From NCBI RefSeq assembly GCF_006345805.1, contig NC_043002.1, forward strand, positions 118,420,001-118,484,000: 64,000 nucleotides of DNA, read 5' to 3'. This DNA is from Octopus sinensis (lineage: Eukaryota). A model generated the notes under the pieces. It was given only the letters and a program-made list of their open reading frames with translations. It was not told the DNA's origin and ran no database searches. The position numbers and the translations under genes were made by a program. Positions 60,973-64,000 of this stretch are shown here, piece after piece. Every line of letters starts with the position of its first letter. Within the stretch, counting starts at the first letter, position 1.

Positions 60973-62902
60973 TCATCATCATCATCATCATCGTTTAACG
61001 TCTGCTTTCCATGCTAGCATGGGTTGGACGGTTCAACTGGGGTCTGGGAAGCCCGAAGGCTGCACCAGGCTAGTCAGATCTAGCGGTGTTTCTAAACCTG
61101 GATGCCCTTCCTAATGCCAACCACTCCGTGAGTGTAGTGCATGCTTTTTATGTGCCACCGACACAGGTGCCAGACGAGGCTGGCGAACGGCCATGCTCGG
61201 ATGGTGCTTTTTACGTGCCACCGGCACTGGTACCACAAACTACAAATTCCATTGATGTTGATCGATTTCAATTTTGATTTGATTTTTTGATTCTTTGATT
61301 TTCACTTGCCTCAACAGGTCTTCACAAGTAGAGTTATGTGTCCCAAGAAGGAAGGTATGCACAGGTGGACTGACTACGTCCCAGGTAGGGGCCACGGGTT
61401 ATGGCCTCACTTGTCCTGCCGGGTCTTCTCACGCACAGCATACTTCCAAAGGCCTCGGTCTCTGGTCATTTCCTCGGTGAGACCTAAAGAGCGAAGGTCG
61501 TGCTTCACCACCTTGTCCCAGGTTTTCCTGGGTCTACCTCTTCCACAGGTTCCCTCAACCGCTAGGGTGTGGCACTTTTTCACACACCTATCTTCATCCA
61601 TTCTTACCACGTGTCCATACCAGCATAAACGTCTCTCTTGCACACCACATCTGATGCTTCTTAGGTCCAACTTTTCTCTCAAGGCACTTACACTCTGTCA
61701 GGTATGAACACTGACATTACACATCCATCGGAGCATACTGGCTTCATTTCTTGCAAGCTTACACATATCCTCAGCAGTCACGGCCCATGTTTCATTACCA
61801 TGTAGCATGGCTGTTCATACACATGCGTCATACAGTCTGCCTTTTACTATGAGCGAGAGGCTTTTTGTCACCAGCAGATGTAAGAGCTCTCTGAACATTG
61901 CACAGGCTATTCTTACTCTAGCAGTTACACTTTCGGCACACCCGCCCCCGCTACTGACTTGATCACCTAGGTAACGGAAGCTATCAACTATTTCTAGTTT
62001 TTCTCCCTGGAATGTGGCAGAAGATGGTCTCTGTGCATTTTCAGTGTTTATTGCACCAGAGCATCTGCCACATACAAAAACTATATTCCTAGTTAGTCTT
62101 CTTTTGACATTGCTGCACCTCTTATGTGTCCATAGCTTACACTTGGTGCATCTTATAGAGTTCCTACCTACGCCTTTTCTACAGAAGGCGTTTGAGATTT
62201 GTCTACCTTCCTACTTATTAGGACTTTGGTTTTAGCTAGGTTGATTTTAAGGCCCATTGATTCTAATCCTTGCTTCCACGTCTGAAACTTCTCCTCCAGT
62301 TCTGATAGTGATTCAGCAATTAGGGCAAGGTCATCAGCATAGAGGAGCTCCCAGGGGCATCCTGTCTTGAATTCCTCCGTTGTTGCCTGGAGGACTATGA
62401 TAAATAGGAGGGGGCTGAGGACTGAGCCTTGGTGGACCCCAACCTCCACCCAGAATTCTTCAATGTACTCGTTGCCAACCCTCACCTTACTAACAGCGTC
62501 CCTGTACATGGCACGCACAGCTCTCACTAACCATTCATCTATCCCTAGTTTCCTCATTGACCACCAGATAAGGGAACGGGGGACACTGTCAAAGGCTTTC
62601 TCCAAGTCAACGAAAGTCAGGTACAGAGTTTTTTCTTTGGCTAGGTATTTCTCCTGCAGCTGTCTCACCAGAAATATGGCATCGGTGGTGCTTTTCCCTG
62701 GCACGAAACCAAACTGCATCTCGTCCAGGTTGACTCTCTCCCTAATCAGTTGGGTTCCCTTTCCGTAACCTTCATTACCTGATCCAACAGCTTAATACCT
62801 CTGTAATTACTTGTATCTAGGGCGTCACCTTTACCTTTGTAGCAGTTGACTATTATGCTGCTACACCAGTCATTGGGTATGACTCCTTCGTGTATCACCT
62901 GT
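60973..62902 (-). mobile_element. 5'-truncated RTE LINE
   Basis: RT ORF 62168-62719 (QGSVLSP, WELLYADDL), C-terminus 61407-61682, 3'UTR and tail. Confidence 0.92.
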
Positions 62903-62986
62903 ATGTATCATCATCATCATCATCATCGTTTAACGTCCGTTTCCGCGCTAGCACGCGTTGGATGGATAATATATATTTATATACAT

Positions 62987-63330
62987 ACTAGCATTAAAGA
63001 CCCGTCATTGCCGGGTCATAGTGCTAGTGCATGTATATATGTGTATATATATGTGTACATATTACATGTACATCTATATATATACATCTACACATAAAAT
63101 ACAAAATACAAAGTTATATCTTGATATCGCTAGTGATAACAATACTCAAAATATATAACAGACTGGAATTGTTAGCCCATCTCTTGTAATTTCGATCAAT
63201 TGTATCTTGTCCTCCCTCTTGTATAGAAGTGTGGCTACAATTCAGCCTACCTTTAAAATAAAATATTTCCACTTTGCAAGGTTCGAGTTGAGTACTCCCT
63301 TGCATGCTCCGTTGACTCGAACCTTGCTTC
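62987..63330 (+). mobile_element. HINE-like element terminus with hairpins
   Basis: actagca..gacccg..cgggtc..tgctagt hairpin, same family as 3149; second hairpin at 63276-63327. The right boundary is uncertain. Confidence 0.45.
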
Positions 63331-64000
63331 TATTGTGGCAAATTTACTGCCTCTGATTAGATATCTTTCATAGTCGCACCAAGACACTTTTCGATGGTGC
63401 TTTCCTCCAGGTGTTCAAATCTTTTTTTTTCTCTACATTGTATACTTTATAGACAATAGTCTTTTCTTTAATTTAATTTTTTATTTCGTTTGGTGGTGTT
63501 ATCCTAGATTCACCGTCTTTGTCGGTGATCAATCCGAAATAGGTTTGTATTTCTTCCATTTTAATTTTAATGAGTTCGCCGTCCGCCGACGGCCGCAGCG
63601 AAATTCATTTTTGGACTTTCTTCTATTGAAGACATTTTAACAAAAATGCTTCTGTGTAAATGGTGAAAATATTGTCAATTTCCCCAAACAGGGACACAAT
63701 TCAATTTTTAAACAATAACCAAAGCTCCTTCTCCCAAAGGGGGAGGGTTACGGTTTACAATTATTTAACAAATGCAGCACAACAACGCTTTCCTTACGAG
63801 GAACCAACAAACGTGATAAGAATAGTTAAACAGAAATAATAATAACAACAAAAAAGCAGTACTCTGTTGAAGCTATAGGCCTTTATGGATCAGAAATAAA
63901 CCAACAGCGGTACTCAGTAGAAGCATCTTTCGTACAGCCAAACTTCATAGAGATACTTAATGCTAGCTAATTAGCAAATAATCTAATATAAAAGCCGTGC

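Overview
AT-rich, repeat-dense eukaryotic genomic DNA, most likely Octopus (coleoid cephalopod). That assignment is inferred from the tRNA-derived SINE families, RTE LINEs with (GAT)n tails, mariners and a tandem C2H2-ZNF gene. Host genes: (1) the last four coding exons of DDX47/RRP3 (+, stop at 4000); (2) a single-coding-exon gene with 11 C2H2 fingers (-, 11401-12393); (3) TM2D2 (+), whose coding exons 1-4 were reconstructed by hand (39196-50051; the last exon was not found in the window); (4) an unidentified minus-strand spliced gene whose ATG (39016) lies only 179 bp from the TM2D2 ATG. The rest is mostly transposable elements: RTE, L2/CR1-like, R4/Dong-like, Penelope-like, mariner, pogo/hAT MITEs, Helentron-associated elements and SINEs. 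Most notable observations: three type-I minimal hammerhead-ribozyme-like motifs in Penelope-type inverted repeats, many long hairpins/palindromes, a three-finger periodicity in the ZNF, an in-frame internally deleted mariner and LINE-SINE 3' tail sharing. All calls were made by eye; no database searches or folding programs were run.
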